64,000 bases of DNA. Source: Thermococcus sp. JdFR-02 (GTDB lineage Archaea; Methanobacteriota_B; Thermococci; Thermococcales; Thermococcaceae). Below the pieces are notes generated by a model that ran no database searches, had not been told where the DNA came from, and worked only from the letters and a program-made list of their open reading frames with translations. Numbering within the stretch: position 1 is the stretch's first letter; the number at the start of each line of letters is the position of its first letter. Shown here in pieces: positions 1-10,400 of this stretch. The translations under genes were made by a program, and so were the position numbers. The stretch covers positions 1-64,000 of the forward strand of contig MTLP01000012.1 of the NCBI GenBank assembly GCA_002009975.1. Reading direction: 5' to 3'.

Positions 1-114
1 TCGTTACAAAACAAAATTGACTCCATAACACAAAATTGCTTTTAGACAACAAAAACACAACAAAAAGAGCCAAAACAGAAAAATAAAAAACAATTACTCA
101 AGCCCAAAAATCGT

Positions 115-534
115 TTACTCCCCTCCCACCATTTTTGAAAAGATGTAGAGCATTATTATAATTAGCATCGCCAGAGCAGTGACTTCAAATCTTGGCAAAA
201 CTGGGGCTAAGCTTCTTATCAGCAAATACGTGGGTAAGGACATCAGTACTGTTACTGTTAGGATTAGATAGTGTTCCCTTGAAGCCTTTGCCCTATCTAA
301 ATAAGCGCTTTCAATGAAAAGCAAGGCTAAAGCAACTAACAAAATCCCAACTAATCCACCAATTTTGAAATAGATTAGAGCGCTCATGAGCAATGTTAAA
401 AACACAATGCCCAAGAAGTAAGAGACGAACCCGAATAACCCCAAAGCTAAAAGAGGCAAAAGCTTGGGATATCCTAAAAGCAAGGATAAAAGAACAATAA
501 AGGGAAAGATCGAATACCTAATTCTAAGCTTCAT
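115..534 (-). CDS. hypothetical integral membrane protein (last gene of MoxR/DUF58 operon)
   Basis: 139-aa very hydrophobic ORF; start overlaps stop of the DUF58 gene. Confidence 0.8.
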   Translation of the reverse strand: MKLRIRYSIFPFIVLLSLLLGYPKLLPLLALGLFGFVSYFLGIVFLTLLMSALIYFKIGGLVGILLVALALLFIESAYLDRAKASREHYLILTVTVLMSLPTYLLIRSLAPVLPRFEVTALAMLIIIMLYIFSKMVGGE

Positions 535-1790
535 ATCTTGACCACCTCTGCTATTGAACTCTTTAGGGGCTTTTTAATGTCCCAATCAATTATTATTCCA
601 TAGGCAGCCAATCTTCTAAGCTGAGCTTTTCTTTTAAGATTCAATAGCTTCAATGCAAGCTCCTCTTCCTCGCTTTTAGGTTCAAAGACTGAATAGGGGT
701 TCGGAGAGATAACAACAACTTTGTAACCATAGTGATAGAGAAGTTTAAGCGCTTCCATACCCTCTTCAGTTATTAGAGGTGAAAAGTATAGGATCTGTGC
801 TCTCGCTGGAAATTTAGTCTTTAGGAGGTGTTCCACTTGATAGGCAATCATGTTGTTCTTATCTGGCTTTGCCATGCTCAAAAAGTCAACACACTTGAAA
901 AAGTGCCTCTTTCCATAGTCAACTCTAATCCATAGAGGAACTTCTTCGGCTAATAAAAGTCCAAAGCTGGTTCCATTATTCAAACAATCAAGCATGAATG
1001 AGGCAGTAGCTCTAATCAGGTAATCAAAAACATCTTTTCCTCTATACGTTGCATCAACTATTAAAACGACATCAACCTTTCTTTCACTTTCATATTCATT
1101 GCTCATTATTTCGCCAGTTTTTGCAGTGGCTTTCCAGTTTATAATCTTTAGAGGGTCACCTGGTTGATATTCTCTAATCGCATGGAACTCAACACCCTCA
1201 CCAACTCTTGGTGAAGGCAGTGTTCCTATGGTTACTTTTGTTCCCTTTGTTGAATAAGGCGTTACAACATCCTCAAGCTTTGGAACCCCAACTATTTCAT
1301 CGTAAAGCTCAACAATTTTCTCTTTCTTGAAAAATCCAAAGGGGTCTTGATATTCAACCTTTACATAATTGAATTCATATATCCCCCTTCTAATCCTGAC
1401 TTTATATGAAAGCTCCCTAACCTCTCCCTTCTTTATAGAAATTAGAAACTCCTTGTCACCTTCAACAAGTTCCAAGCCTTTGGGCAAATCTTCGACGATT
1501 CTCAAGCTTGGAATCCTCTCATTAGATTTGATCTTAAGCTTTATCTCAACGATTTCACCTTCAAGTATTCTGTCGTGAGGAATCAACCTTTTAACCTCTA
1601 CATCCAACTTCGGTTTGAAAAATGCTAAAGCAACGAAAAAGAGCCAAAGAATTGGCAGGGTTAAATAGACCATATCCCATCTAAGGAAAAAGAAAGCTAT
1701 CAAAGTTGATAACCATAGGGCAAGCAAGAGCTGTATGGTTTTTCCTCTTGTTTGGTATTTATCTTCCTTAAATTCCTTCATATCCATCAC
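531..1790 (-). CDS. DUF58 domain protein (vWA-like, MoxR-associated)
   Basis: N-terminal TM helices; motif GVEFHAIREYQPGDPLKIINWKATAK typical of DUF58; adjacent to MoxR. Confidence 0.9.
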   Translation of the reverse strand: MMDMKEFKEDKYQTRGKTIQLLLALWLSTLIAFFFLRWDMVYLTLPILWLFFVALAFFKPKLDVEVKRLIPHDRILEGEIVEIKLKIKSNERIPSLRIVEDLPKGLELVEGDKEFLISIKKGEVRELSYKVRIRRGIYEFNYVKVEYQDPFGFFKKEKIVELYDEIVGVPKLEDVVTPYSTKGTKVTIGTLPSPRVGEGVEFHAIREYQPGDPLKIINWKATAKTGEIMSNEYESERKVDVVLIVDATYRGKDVFDYLIRATASFMLDCLNNGTSFGLLLAEEVPLWIRVDYGKRHFFKCVDFLSMAKPDKNNMIAYQVEHLLKTKFPARAQILYFSPLITEEGMEALKLLYHYGYKVVVISPNPYSVFEPKSEEEELALKLLNLKRKAQLRRLAAYGIIIDWDIKKPLKSSIAEVVKI

Positions 1791-2740
1791 TCAAACTTTG
1801 GAACTGGAACTTTTTCCAAAATCCTCTCCATTATTGCCTCTTGGCTAACACGCATGTACCATAGTTCTCTCTTTAAAATTAATCTATGGCTTAAAGCAGG
1901 TATTGCTACCGCTTTTACATCATCTGGAATAACGTAATCTCTACCATTTAAAGCAGCATAGGCTCTTGAAAGTTTTAATAATGCTAAACTTCCTCTTGGA
2001 GATGAGCCAACCTCAATCTCTTTCTTATCTTCCCTCGTAGCGTTGATGATATTAACAATATACTCAAGAACAGCGTCGCTAACGTAAACTTCCTCAATTG
2101 CTCTTTGCATTTCTACAAGCTGACTTGGTGTCATAACAGGTCTTATATCAACATCTTCCTTTTTCCTTTCAATCCTGCGCTTTAAAATCTCTATTTCATG
2201 CCCTTTACTTGGATACCCAATTCTAAGTCTAACTAAAAATCTATCCAGTTGAGCTTCTGGTAAAGGATACGTTCCTTCCTGCTCAATTGGATTTTGGGTT
2301 GCAATAACTATGAAGGGCTTCTCAAGGAGGTAAGTTTTTCCTTCAATTGTAACCTGCTTTTCTTGCATAGCCTCTAATAGGGCGGATTGAGTCTTTGGTG
2401 GTGCCCTATTAATTTCATCCGCTAAGAGAATGTTTGTAAATACTGGACCTTTCTTAAACTCAAACTCTAATGTCTTTTGATTGAAAACGCTAACTCCTAA
2501 AATATCTGAAGGCAATAAATCAGGTGTAAATTGAACTCTTTTGAATTTGACTCCCAGTGCAGCTGCAAAACTTTTAGCCATTAAAGTTTTAGCCAAACCT
2601 GGCAAATCCTCGATTAAAATGTGTCCATCAGCCAAGATCGTTGTCAGAACTAATCTAAGCACCTCTTCCTTTCCAACTATTGCTTTCTTAACTTCCTCTA
2701 ATATCTTGTTCCCATATTCATGAACTTCCTCTATTTTCAT
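1787..2740 (-). CDS. moxR: MoxR-family AAA+ ATPase
   Basis: HILIEDLPGLAKT Walker A variant, RVQFTPDLLPSD, LADEINRAPPKTQSALLEAM, ATQNPIEQEGTYPLPEAQLDRF. Confidence 0.95.
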   Translation of the reverse strand: MKIEEVHEYGNKILEEVKKAIVGKEEVLRLVLTTILADGHILIEDLPGLAKTLMAKSFAAALGVKFKRVQFTPDLLPSDILGVSVFNQKTLEFEFKKGPVFTNILLADEINRAPPKTQSALLEAMQEKQVTIEGKTYLLEKPFIVIATQNPIEQEGTYPLPEAQLDRFLVRLRIGYPSKGHEIEILKRRIERKKEDVDIRPVMTPSQLVEMQRAIEEVYVSDAVLEYIVNIINATREDKKEIEVGSSPRGSLALLKLSRAYAALNGRDYVIPDDVKAVAIPALSHRLILKRELWYMRVSQEAIMERILEKVPVPKFE

Positions 2741-3170
2741 TTAAATCAACCTCCACAATCTCCAAAGCCTTTCTTAGATTTTTCAAAAAATCTCCTTCAG
2801 ATTTTAAAACTCTTAATGCCCTATTCGGGTTGTTTTGAAGCTTATAGAATTCTTGCGTGTAATCTTCACTTATTAAAGCATAAATCTCTTTGATTTCATC
2901 AGATATGATTTCTCTCGCAACTTTTCCCTTTTTGGATTTTTCTATCAGCGCAACCATTCTTTCAAAATCAGACCTGACTTTGGGTTTAGGTTTTCTTTTT
3001 GCCCTTAATCTATATTCCTCTTCAAGCTCTAGGAAAAAGAGGATGACCATTAAAATTATCCCTCCCAAAATAACACCGAACCATCTAGCAAAATATGAAC
3101 CAGCCACGAATGCTATTATCACAAAAGGTATTGCTAAAACTACAGCTTTATTTATCCTCATTTTCATCAC
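2718..3170 (-). CDS. hypothetical membrane-anchored protein
   Basis: Two N-terminal TM segments; overlaps both neighbours in the operon. Confidence 0.75.
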   Translation of the reverse strand: MMKMRINKAVVLAIPFVIIAFVAGSYFARWFGVILGGIILMVILFFLELEEEYRLRAKRKPKPKVRSDFERMVALIEKSKKGKVAREIISDEIKEIYALISEDYTQEFYKLQNNPNRALRVLKSEGDFLKNLRKALEIVEVDLNENRGSS

Positions 3171-4002
3171 CCTTTATCCTTAAATAAAGCTCATAAGCCC
3201 TTTTAGCATCTTCCATGGTGACTTTCTCGGGTGCATACTTTGCCTTTTCAAAGAGCCTCGCTAATTCAACATAGGCATCGTGTTTGTATTTTACATGCTG
3301 GGCATGCTCCCAGTGAGTCCAGCTTTCCTTATACGGAATTCCCAAAACCTCAAGCCACAGAATAGCATTTTTATAAAGTTTGACCACTATATCCCTTGGA
3401 TCTCCAATAAATTTAATCCCTTCTTCTTGAAGCTTCCTATCAAAGGCTTCAAGCTTTTCTTTTAGTTTCTTCTTTTTCCTTGAAGTCTTAAAGCCAAGGT
3501 AAAATTTCATACTAAAGTAAACAAATAGAACCGTTAGAATCCCAAAGAAAGCATAGAGATAAATGCCTGGGTTTAAACTTCTAGGATTTCCGGGTTCTCC
3601 CATTGATTGATTATAGTAGGTAACATGGTACGTTTGATTAATCCATGTTCTGTTAAACACGGTAGTCATGTTAAGTTCAGGAAGAGGAGCATTTAAAATG
3701 TATTTGATGAGAGGAATGGAAAGTATAAAAACTCCAAGGAGCATTATAAGAATTCCTCTAAGGTCTACTCCCTGACGATTCTTTCTTTTTCTAGCTAAAA
3801 AATCCTCTCCTTGGATCAAAACTATTTGTATTAGCAAAAGACCTGCAACAATAACAAGAATTCCAAAGAAAAAACCGATCCAATGATACTGTTGAGAACC
3901 CTTGGGAGAACTGAGTATTTTTGCTTGAGAATTACTTATGAGCGAAATCAAAAATATTAACGCCATGAACGGAAATATCCATCGTCGCTTCATTTTAATC
4001 AA
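3148..4002 (-). CDS. DUF4129 domain membrane protein
   Basis: Several TM segments; C-terminal SWTHWEH...LARLFEKAKY motif of DUF4129; typical MoxR operon member. Confidence 0.8.
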   Translation of the reverse strand: MIKMKRRWIFPFMALIFLISLISNSQAKILSSPKGSQQYHWIGFFFGILVIVAGLLLIQIVLIQGEDFLARKRKNRQGVDLRGILIMLLGVFILSIPLIKYILNAPLPELNMTTVFNRTWINQTYHVTYYNQSMGEPGNPRSLNPGIYLYAFFGILTVLFVYFSMKFYLGFKTSRKKKKLKEKLEAFDRKLQEEGIKFIGDPRDIVVKLYKNAILWLEVLGIPYKESWTHWEHAQHVKYKHDAYVELARLFEKAKYAPEKVTMEDAKRAYELYLRIKGDENEDK

Positions 4003-4092
4003 TGATGGTATTGTTAGTTATCTTTAAAAGTTTTACTTCACTGTAAACCCTCAGGGAAGTTTATAAGTTAGGAGATTAACCAAAATAGGGGG

Positions 4093-4596
4093 ATGAAGAT
4101 GGAGAGAATACCTCGATTGTATGTTGAAGCGGATTATGAAGAGTGCTTTGATAAAAATGGAATTGCAAAAAAGGAATGCATTGTAATTCAAGATAATGTT
4201 GAAGTTAGATTAGGAAAGGGAGAAAAATTGCCAGATTTTATAGATAGAAAAAGAGCAAAATTCTTAGTAAAGGAGGTTTATGACAGATTCCACTTCTATG
4301 TTGATAAATATGAGAACAAAGTTAAGTGCGATATGATAATTGTTTTACCAGATAGGAGAACAGAGATAAGGCTTTACAAAGGGGACGAGCTAATGCTCCT
4401 ACCAGTAGAAGGATTTGTCTCTACGTTAATAGCTAAAGTTGGAAATAGAGTAAGAAAAAGCGATGCTTTTGCCGCAATAACAACTAAAAAGGGAGAAGTC
4501 CATTATCTAAAACCGCCAAAGAATGGTGTAGTTGTCTATATAGATGAGTTCACAAACAGACCTCATTACATATACTACATCCTTCCGGAGGATTAA
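4093..4596 (+). CDS. DUF2118-like conserved archaeal protein
   Basis: 167-aa ORF with GGGGG RBS; C-terminal barrel-sandwich-hybrid-like segment (KVGNRVRKSDAFAAITTKKGEVHYLKPPKNGVVVYI). Confidence 0.7.
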   Translation: MKMERIPRLYVEADYEECFDKNGIAKKECIVIQDNVEVRLGKGEKLPDFIDRKRAKFLVKEVYDRFHFYVDKYENKVKCDMIIVLPDRRTEIRLYKGDELMLLPVEGFVSTLIAKVGNRVRKSDAFAAITTKKGEVHYLKPPKNGVVVYIDEFTNRPHYIYYILPED

Positions 4597-4892
4597 TCTT
4601 CCTTTTTAATCCCTTGAACTATTGCTTTTATGTTTTCTCTAATTCTTAGCTTTAATGTGTTCATGTTGTCTCTCCCTTGTATTGTTCTTGTGTTGTTAGC
4701 ACTTGTCAATATCACGGACCATAAGTACAAACCGTGTTTTTTCTCCTCACTCTGAAACATTGCAAGAAACTTCTCTCCATCTACATCAACTTCCAAAATC
4801 TCTATATCTCTCTTACCGAGCCTTGTAGAGTATATTTCCCTTACATTCATCTCTTTAAACTCTTCTTTAAGTATGTCGGCAAAATATCCCAT
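4593..4892 (-). CDS. conserved hypothetical protein
   Basis: 99-aa ORF with GAGGGTG RBS and typical Thermococcales composition. Confidence 0.7.
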   Translation of the reverse strand: MGYFADILKEEFKEMNVREIYSTRLGKRDIEILEVDVDGEKFLAMFQSEEKKHGLYLWSVILTSANNTRTIQGRDNMNTLKLRIRENIKAIVQGIKKED

Positions 4893-5023
4893 AATACACC
4901 CTCCAGTGTTAATAACCCCATCCTCCTATATATGCCTTTCCCAGATTTGTGCAATATTGACCAAAAGCGTTATAAACGTATAGTCACGAGTAGCTTTGAA
5001 TACTATCAAATGTGGTGGAAGAA

Positions 5024-5500
5024 ATGAAAATTGAAAAAGGAGATTTCGTGGTTTTTAACTACATAGGAAAATTTGAGAATGGAGAGGTTTTTGACACAAG
5101 TTATGAGGATATTGCCAAAGAAGCTGGCATTTATCTTGAAGACAGAACTTATGGTCCTATTGGTGCTAATGTTGGGGTTGGGGAACTAATTCCCGGTTTA
5201 GATGAAGCCCTGGTGGGTATGGAGATTGGGGAAAAGAAAACGATAACGGTTCCCCCAGAATTAGGTTATGGATTGCCAAGAGACGACTTAATAGTAGACG
5301 TTCCATTAAAAGATTTTGAAAGCATTGGTCTAACTCCCGAAATTGGAATGTACGTTATGACTGATAGCGGAATAGCAAAAATAAAGGAAATCAAAGAAGA
5401 TCTCGTTTCATTGGATTTTAACCATCCATTAGCTGGAAAGACTCTTATATTCGAAGTTGAGATTGTTGATGTTCAAAAGGGTGAAGAAGCTGAGGAATGA
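5024..5500 (+). CDS. slyD: FKBP-type peptidyl-prolyl isomerase (SlyD-like)
   Basis: GEVFDTS, GELIPGLDEAL, DFNHPLAGKTLIFEVEI motifs; ATG at 5024 preferred over GTG 5012. Confidence 0.95.
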   Translation: MKIEKGDFVVFNYIGKFENGEVFDTSYEDIAKEAGIYLEDRTYGPIGANVGVGELIPGLDEALVGMEIGEKKTITVPPELGYGLPRDDLIVDVPLKDFESIGLTPEIGMYVMTDSGIAKIKEIKEDLVSLDFNHPLAGKTLIFEVEIVDVQKGEEAEE

Positions 5501-5509
5501 ACTTTCTTT

Positions 5510-6439
5510 TTAAATTCCTATCTGCATATTTTTTGCGATATTGTAAATAAAAGCAGCCATTATTGCAAGCATTATACTATACTTAAGCCCAGTTGAAAAT
5601 TTTCCTTCTCTGATTACTCCAATGCCAACTCCAGAAACAACGGCTTGCACAATAACAAACGCACGCAAAATTCTATCTAAATCTTCAACTGGAAGTGTTA
5701 ACCCAGTTCCCGCTGTGGTTAATGCTCCTATTATTTGGAACACTATCCCTAAAATTAGAGGTCCTATAAATCCACTTGATGCCGTAAAGAACATAGTCTG
5801 CATTCCAGTAGAAGATTTTCTTTCCCTCTTGATTCTTAATATCTCACGCACGTCATTTCCTACGTTAACTAAAACCTCGGCCATTGGAGCTCCTCTATCT
5901 AATGCTTCGATGAGTATCATCATTGATCTATATATTACCGGAGACTTTTTATTACGAAATGCAAAGGCTCTTAGAGCTTCAATTGTAGGTCTACCCTTTT
6001 TTATTTCTGATACAGTTTTTTTGAACTCTTCACTTAACGCTCCAAATTTTGCCATTGTCACCTCTTCAAGAGCTTCTGTAAAAGCAATACCTGCTCTAAG
6101 TGAGCTGGCTAGATAAAAGAAGGCATCCGGCAAATTCCTTTCCATATCCTCTATTCTCTTGGAAATTTTCCAGTAGGGGTATATTCCCCCTATCGCAACT
6201 AGAGATGCCAAGAAACCGATAGGACCATAAATTGGCTTTAAAATTGCAAAAGCTATACCTATCATCCCAGATATAATCGTTATCAAAACAAGGAACTCTG
6301 TGGCAAGGAACTCTATCCCAGCAGTGTAGAGAAAGGCATCATACTTTTTTATCCATTTCTGAGGAATTATTTTTCTCATTAATTTTTCAAAGCGAGAGGG
6401 AACTTTTATTCTCCTAGGCATATTATCACCTTGGTTCAT
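5510..6439 (-). CDS. type II secretion/type IV pilus platform protein, T2SSF family (TadC-like)
   Basis: LPDAFFYLASSLRAG T2SSF motif, multiple TMs, downstream of assembly ATPase. Confidence 0.9.
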   Translation of the reverse strand: MNQGDNMPRRIKVPSRFEKLMRKIIPQKWIKKYDAFLYTAGIEFLATEFLVLITIISGMIGIAFAILKPIYGPIGFLASLVAIGGIYPYWKISKRIEDMERNLPDAFFYLASSLRAGIAFTEALEEVTMAKFGALSEEFKKTVSEIKKGRPTIEALRAFAFRNKKSPVIYRSMMILIEALDRGAPMAEVLVNVGNDVREILRIKRERKSSTGMQTMFFTASSGFIGPLILGIVFQIIGALTTAGTGLTLPVEDLDRILRAFVIVQAVVSGVGIGVIREGKFSTGLKYSIMLAIMAAFIYNIAKNMQIGI

Positions 6440-7481
6440 TACGTTTAATTATGATTATCATAAGCAGAGACATCAGGGGAAAGCCAAATAGAAGAATTAT
6501 GGCTAATCCTTGAACTGGTATTACAAGCCTCTTTGTCATAGCCGATGCCGCTAGAATTGCAACTATAAGCATAGTCGGCAATACAACGCTTATAAACATG
6601 TAAACAAAAGCCAAACCATTGACCTTTTGAACATAATCCACAAGTTTCATCCTGTATTCAAAGGAATAATCATCTGCTAACTTATAAAGAATCTCAACTA
6701 AGTTACCACCAAATTTTACAGCTCTCAATATCTGCTTTATAACTCTACTCACGTTTTCAGACTTCATCTTTTCTTCAAACCTTGTTAAAGCTTCCTCAAA
6801 AGATGCTCCAGAATGCATATCCCTAATGAGCAATTTAAATTCCTCTGAAATCACTCCATACTCGGAATTTGCCACCGAAAGAAGAGTTTCTGCAATACCT
6901 ACGCCAGAGCCAAGTAGAGATGCCATATGCCTTAAGACGAATGGCAAAGCCCTCTCAACTTCGGTAACTCTTGCATGATACACCATCTTTGGGTAGTTTC
7001 TCATGTATAAGAAGCCAAATATGAACCCAAGAACACTCACCATTAATGAGATGTCTGGAGGAAAAGCGAGTAGTAGGGCAAATAAAAACGCGAATATTGC
7101 CATAATTATTGAAACACCTAGCATTAAAGCGACGAATTTTTCTTTGCTCATCATTATATTTGCTCTATATAAATCATACTCAAGCCCCTTTATTGATTGG
7201 GTCATTGACTTTATTGGTCCCTTAAAGTACCTTAAGGTTGCATCTGTAACCCTATCCAAAAAGAACTTTTGTATCTCTTTGCTTCTCCATTCTGTCAATA
7301 TCTCTATCTCTTCCTCTTCAGGCTTTTCTTTTGCAACTTCTTCTTGAAGCTTCTTTAATAGTTCAAGTCTTTCTTGTATGGTCTTTTCTGGAGATACACG
7401 TCTAATTGGCTTCTCACTTACTTCGATTGTTACTTCTCCAAGTTTCTCTAAGAAGCTTATGAACTTATCTACAATCCCCAA
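6426..7481 (-). CDS. type II secretion/type IV pilus platform protein, T2SSF family (TadB-like)
   Basis: LPFVLRHMASLLGSGVG T2SSF motif; TMs; operon context. Confidence 0.9.
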   Translation of the reverse strand: MGIVDKFISFLEKLGEVTIEVSEKPIRRVSPEKTIQERLELLKKLQEEVAKEKPEEEEIEILTEWRSKEIQKFFLDRVTDATLRYFKGPIKSMTQSIKGLEYDLYRANIMMSKEKFVALMLGVSIIMAIFAFLFALLLAFPPDISLMVSVLGFIFGFLYMRNYPKMVYHARVTEVERALPFVLRHMASLLGSGVGIAETLLSVANSEYGVISEEFKLLIRDMHSGASFEEALTRFEEKMKSENVSRVIKQILRAVKFGGNLVEILYKLADDYSFEYRMKLVDYVQKVNGLAFVYMFISVVLPTMLIVAILAASAMTKRLVIPVQGLAIILLFGFPLMSLLMIIIIKRNEPR

Positions 7482-7491
7482 TACTCGTCAC

Positions 7492-10400
7492 CTAAATAAA
7501 GCTCTTAGCTTTCTTAGACAATTCAATCGTGCTCTCCTTTTCAATTCTCTTTAGCAGCTCTTCTGGGTCTATATAGAATTGCCTTATGTATTCTCCAACC
7601 TCATGCACACTTCTAACTCCCTTCTCTACCATCCATTCCAGCACTATTTTTCTCTTTTCTTTTTCTATTTCTAATTCGGAAAGAGTTAAACCCGTGTGTT
7701 GGGATAGAATATTCATGAACCTGCTTGGAACTCCAGTTGGCACAAGCTCATCCTTTGCTGGATCATACTTGTATAGCTTATTTAGTTGCACGCTCTCGGC
7801 TTCAATTCCAGAGACCTCTGCAATCTCAGTTATCCTCCTTATGGTTCCCTTCTTTCTACTGTGGTATCTAACTTGCATTATAATAATATCCAGAGCTGGA
7901 ATCATGATTCTTGGAACGCTCATTGGAGGACTCTCCAATCTTATAATGGTTTCTCTGGCTGAGTTAGAGTGAATTGTTCCCATACAATTTGAGACTATTA
8001 TCCCTCCAAATTTACCAGCTATGTACGTATGGTTGTCAGCTACAGTCAGATCGTACACATAATCATTCACTTCGATTTCTTCTATTGCCACTATTTTGTC
8101 CCAATAAACATTGGCATCAGCTAATAACTTAAGTTCTTCTGAATCCAATATCTCAGATATTTGGTTTAGTTTCCCTCTTGAAATTGCCCTTTTTCCTATT
8201 TCATATGCTTCAATTGTGCTTCTTGTTGAAACTCCCATTAAAAATGCCAATTGTTCTTGGGTTAAACCCTTCTCTTTTCTAATTTCTTTTAAGAGCTTTC
8301 CAATATTGGGGACAGAATCAATCGAAGTTCCTGCTTTTTTAAGGATTTCCACTAGTTTCTCGGCTTTTATAGTATGAGTGAACCCAATCCTTTTAGCAAA
8401 TTTCATTAAGTTCTCTTTTCCACTTATGCAAATCTTATAGTAAGGTCCAATGTTGCCTTTTCCATCCTTTTCTTGAGCTGAAACATGGGAAATAATCCCA
8501 AATCTAAGCAATAGATAAGGCAATATTATCGCTAAGTTTCTATTTGCTGTTACAAATTCAATTGTATTCGTTCTTTCATTTACATGGGCATCTGAATCAA
8601 AGAGTCCTTGTATGAACTCTGCTAAATCTTTGTTATTTGATTTCATTATTTTCTCTGGAACTCTAAATGTTCTCGTTTTATTACCAACTGGGATATTCTT
8701 TGAGAGTTTCCTAACAACCTCTTTATTATATGCTCTAACTCTCTTATATTCTCCATAATCCAAAACCTTAACGTCAACAAACTTAGAGAGTTTACTTGCA
8801 AATTTTTCTATTACCTTCTCATCAGAATTCACAAAATCTATATAATCCGTTCCTAAATGCCCATTTCCAAGTAGTGCACCAATTAAGTACGCATCTGGTG
8901 GATCCTCACCATCTATGCTTATCTTTCTTGGTAAAGCTATGTAATCTCCAATTTTTGCCCTCTCCGCATTAATTTCCACAATTCCATTCTCAATTTTGTA
9001 AATCGGATGATCGGGAGTTAAGGTTATCTCTTTTCCACTCTTTGTTTTGATTTTGAGCATCTTTCCTTTGTATTTTCTTCTCCAAATTCTTGTAACTAAC
9101 TTATCCTCAATTTTGAAAGTTTCTTTGTTAAAGCTCTTTATGTAAACATTTTCACTAGATACATCAATCCACTCGAATTCTCCCTCTTTTTGGGAGGCAT
9201 GTTTTCTAAAGAACCGTTCAGCAAATTTTCCAATTTCAATGACTTGCCCATCGGCTAAGAGTATTAGTTCATCTTTAAGTAAAGCACCATCATGTCCCGT
9301 ATTCATTGCCGTGAACATCGTCCTAGCTTCTGGACCTCTAACCTCACCGACTATAATCCTATCTGGACGCATTCTTAATGTGTTTTTGACCAAATCGTCC
9401 ATCGTAATTTCTCCCTTACCTTCAACGTTTGGGGGTCTTGTTTCCAATCTTATCCAATGCTCAATTGGTAACTGTAACTCAGCAGTGTCTTCTATACTAA
9501 TAACACGCTCACTTGGTGGGATAAACATCGCCAAAGAGTTTAAGGTGGTTGTTTTACCCGAACCAGTTCCACCTGCGATTAATATGTTAGCTGGCTTGAT
9601 CCTTAATCCATCAACGTATATCCAAAACAGTGCTGCAACGTCTAAGTTCATCGTACCATACTTTATAAGGTCTACAATCGTTAATGGGTCCTTTTTGAAC
9701 TTTCTGATAGTTAAGGTAGGACCTTCAATAGAAATTGGGGCTATTGTAGCATTTACTCTACTTCCATCTGGTAAACGAGCATCTAAAAGAGGGCTTTGTT
9801 GGTCTATTCTTCTCCCGACCTCTCTCGCAATACGTTCGATAATGTTTAATATCTCCCTATCTTCGTCAAAAATAATGTTTGTTTTACACATGTTGAAACG
9901 TCTATGCCACACATAAACGGGCTTTCTTGTTCCAATAACCATTATTTCTTCTAAGTTATCATCTCTGACCAAAGGATCTAATTTTCCATAACCAATCATG
10001 TTTTGAACTATTAACTCTGAAAGAACCTCTATTCTACCTTCCGAAAGAGTTGGAGCCATCTCTCTTACCATATTTCTAACGGCTTTCAAAAACACCCTAC
10101 GCCTCTCTTCTAAGTTTGGTATGCTCTCAGGATCTATTTGAATTTCAACAACAGCCCTGTCTCTAACCATCTTTAGAAGCTTTTCTTCCTCTTTGCTAAG
10201 CTCAGGAAGTTTAAGTTCATATATCGGGATTGGCTCGCCTTTAACTTTTAATATACGAACATTCCCGTAAACATCCAATACTTTAACATCTTTACCATAA
10301 ACGGGAACTGCAGGCTTTTTCATTGTTGTTTCAAGTATCTCCTGCAAGCTAAGTGGCTTTATACCTACTTCTTCACTTTCAGTTGTTGGTGGAGAAACCG

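Noticed and set aside
1-114. A/C-rich low-complexity stretch with CAAAA repeats
   Set aside because: No regular repeat-spacer period, so not a CRISPR array; most simply a U-rich terminator region on the minus strand.
9239-9916. 225-aa plus-strand ORF and the many similar antisense ORFs (e.g. 5622-6116, 23569-24039, 34337-34744, 39569-39991, 44389-44793)
   Set aside because: They lie opposite well-supported genes and have the Ser/Ile/Phe-rich composition typical of antisense frames.
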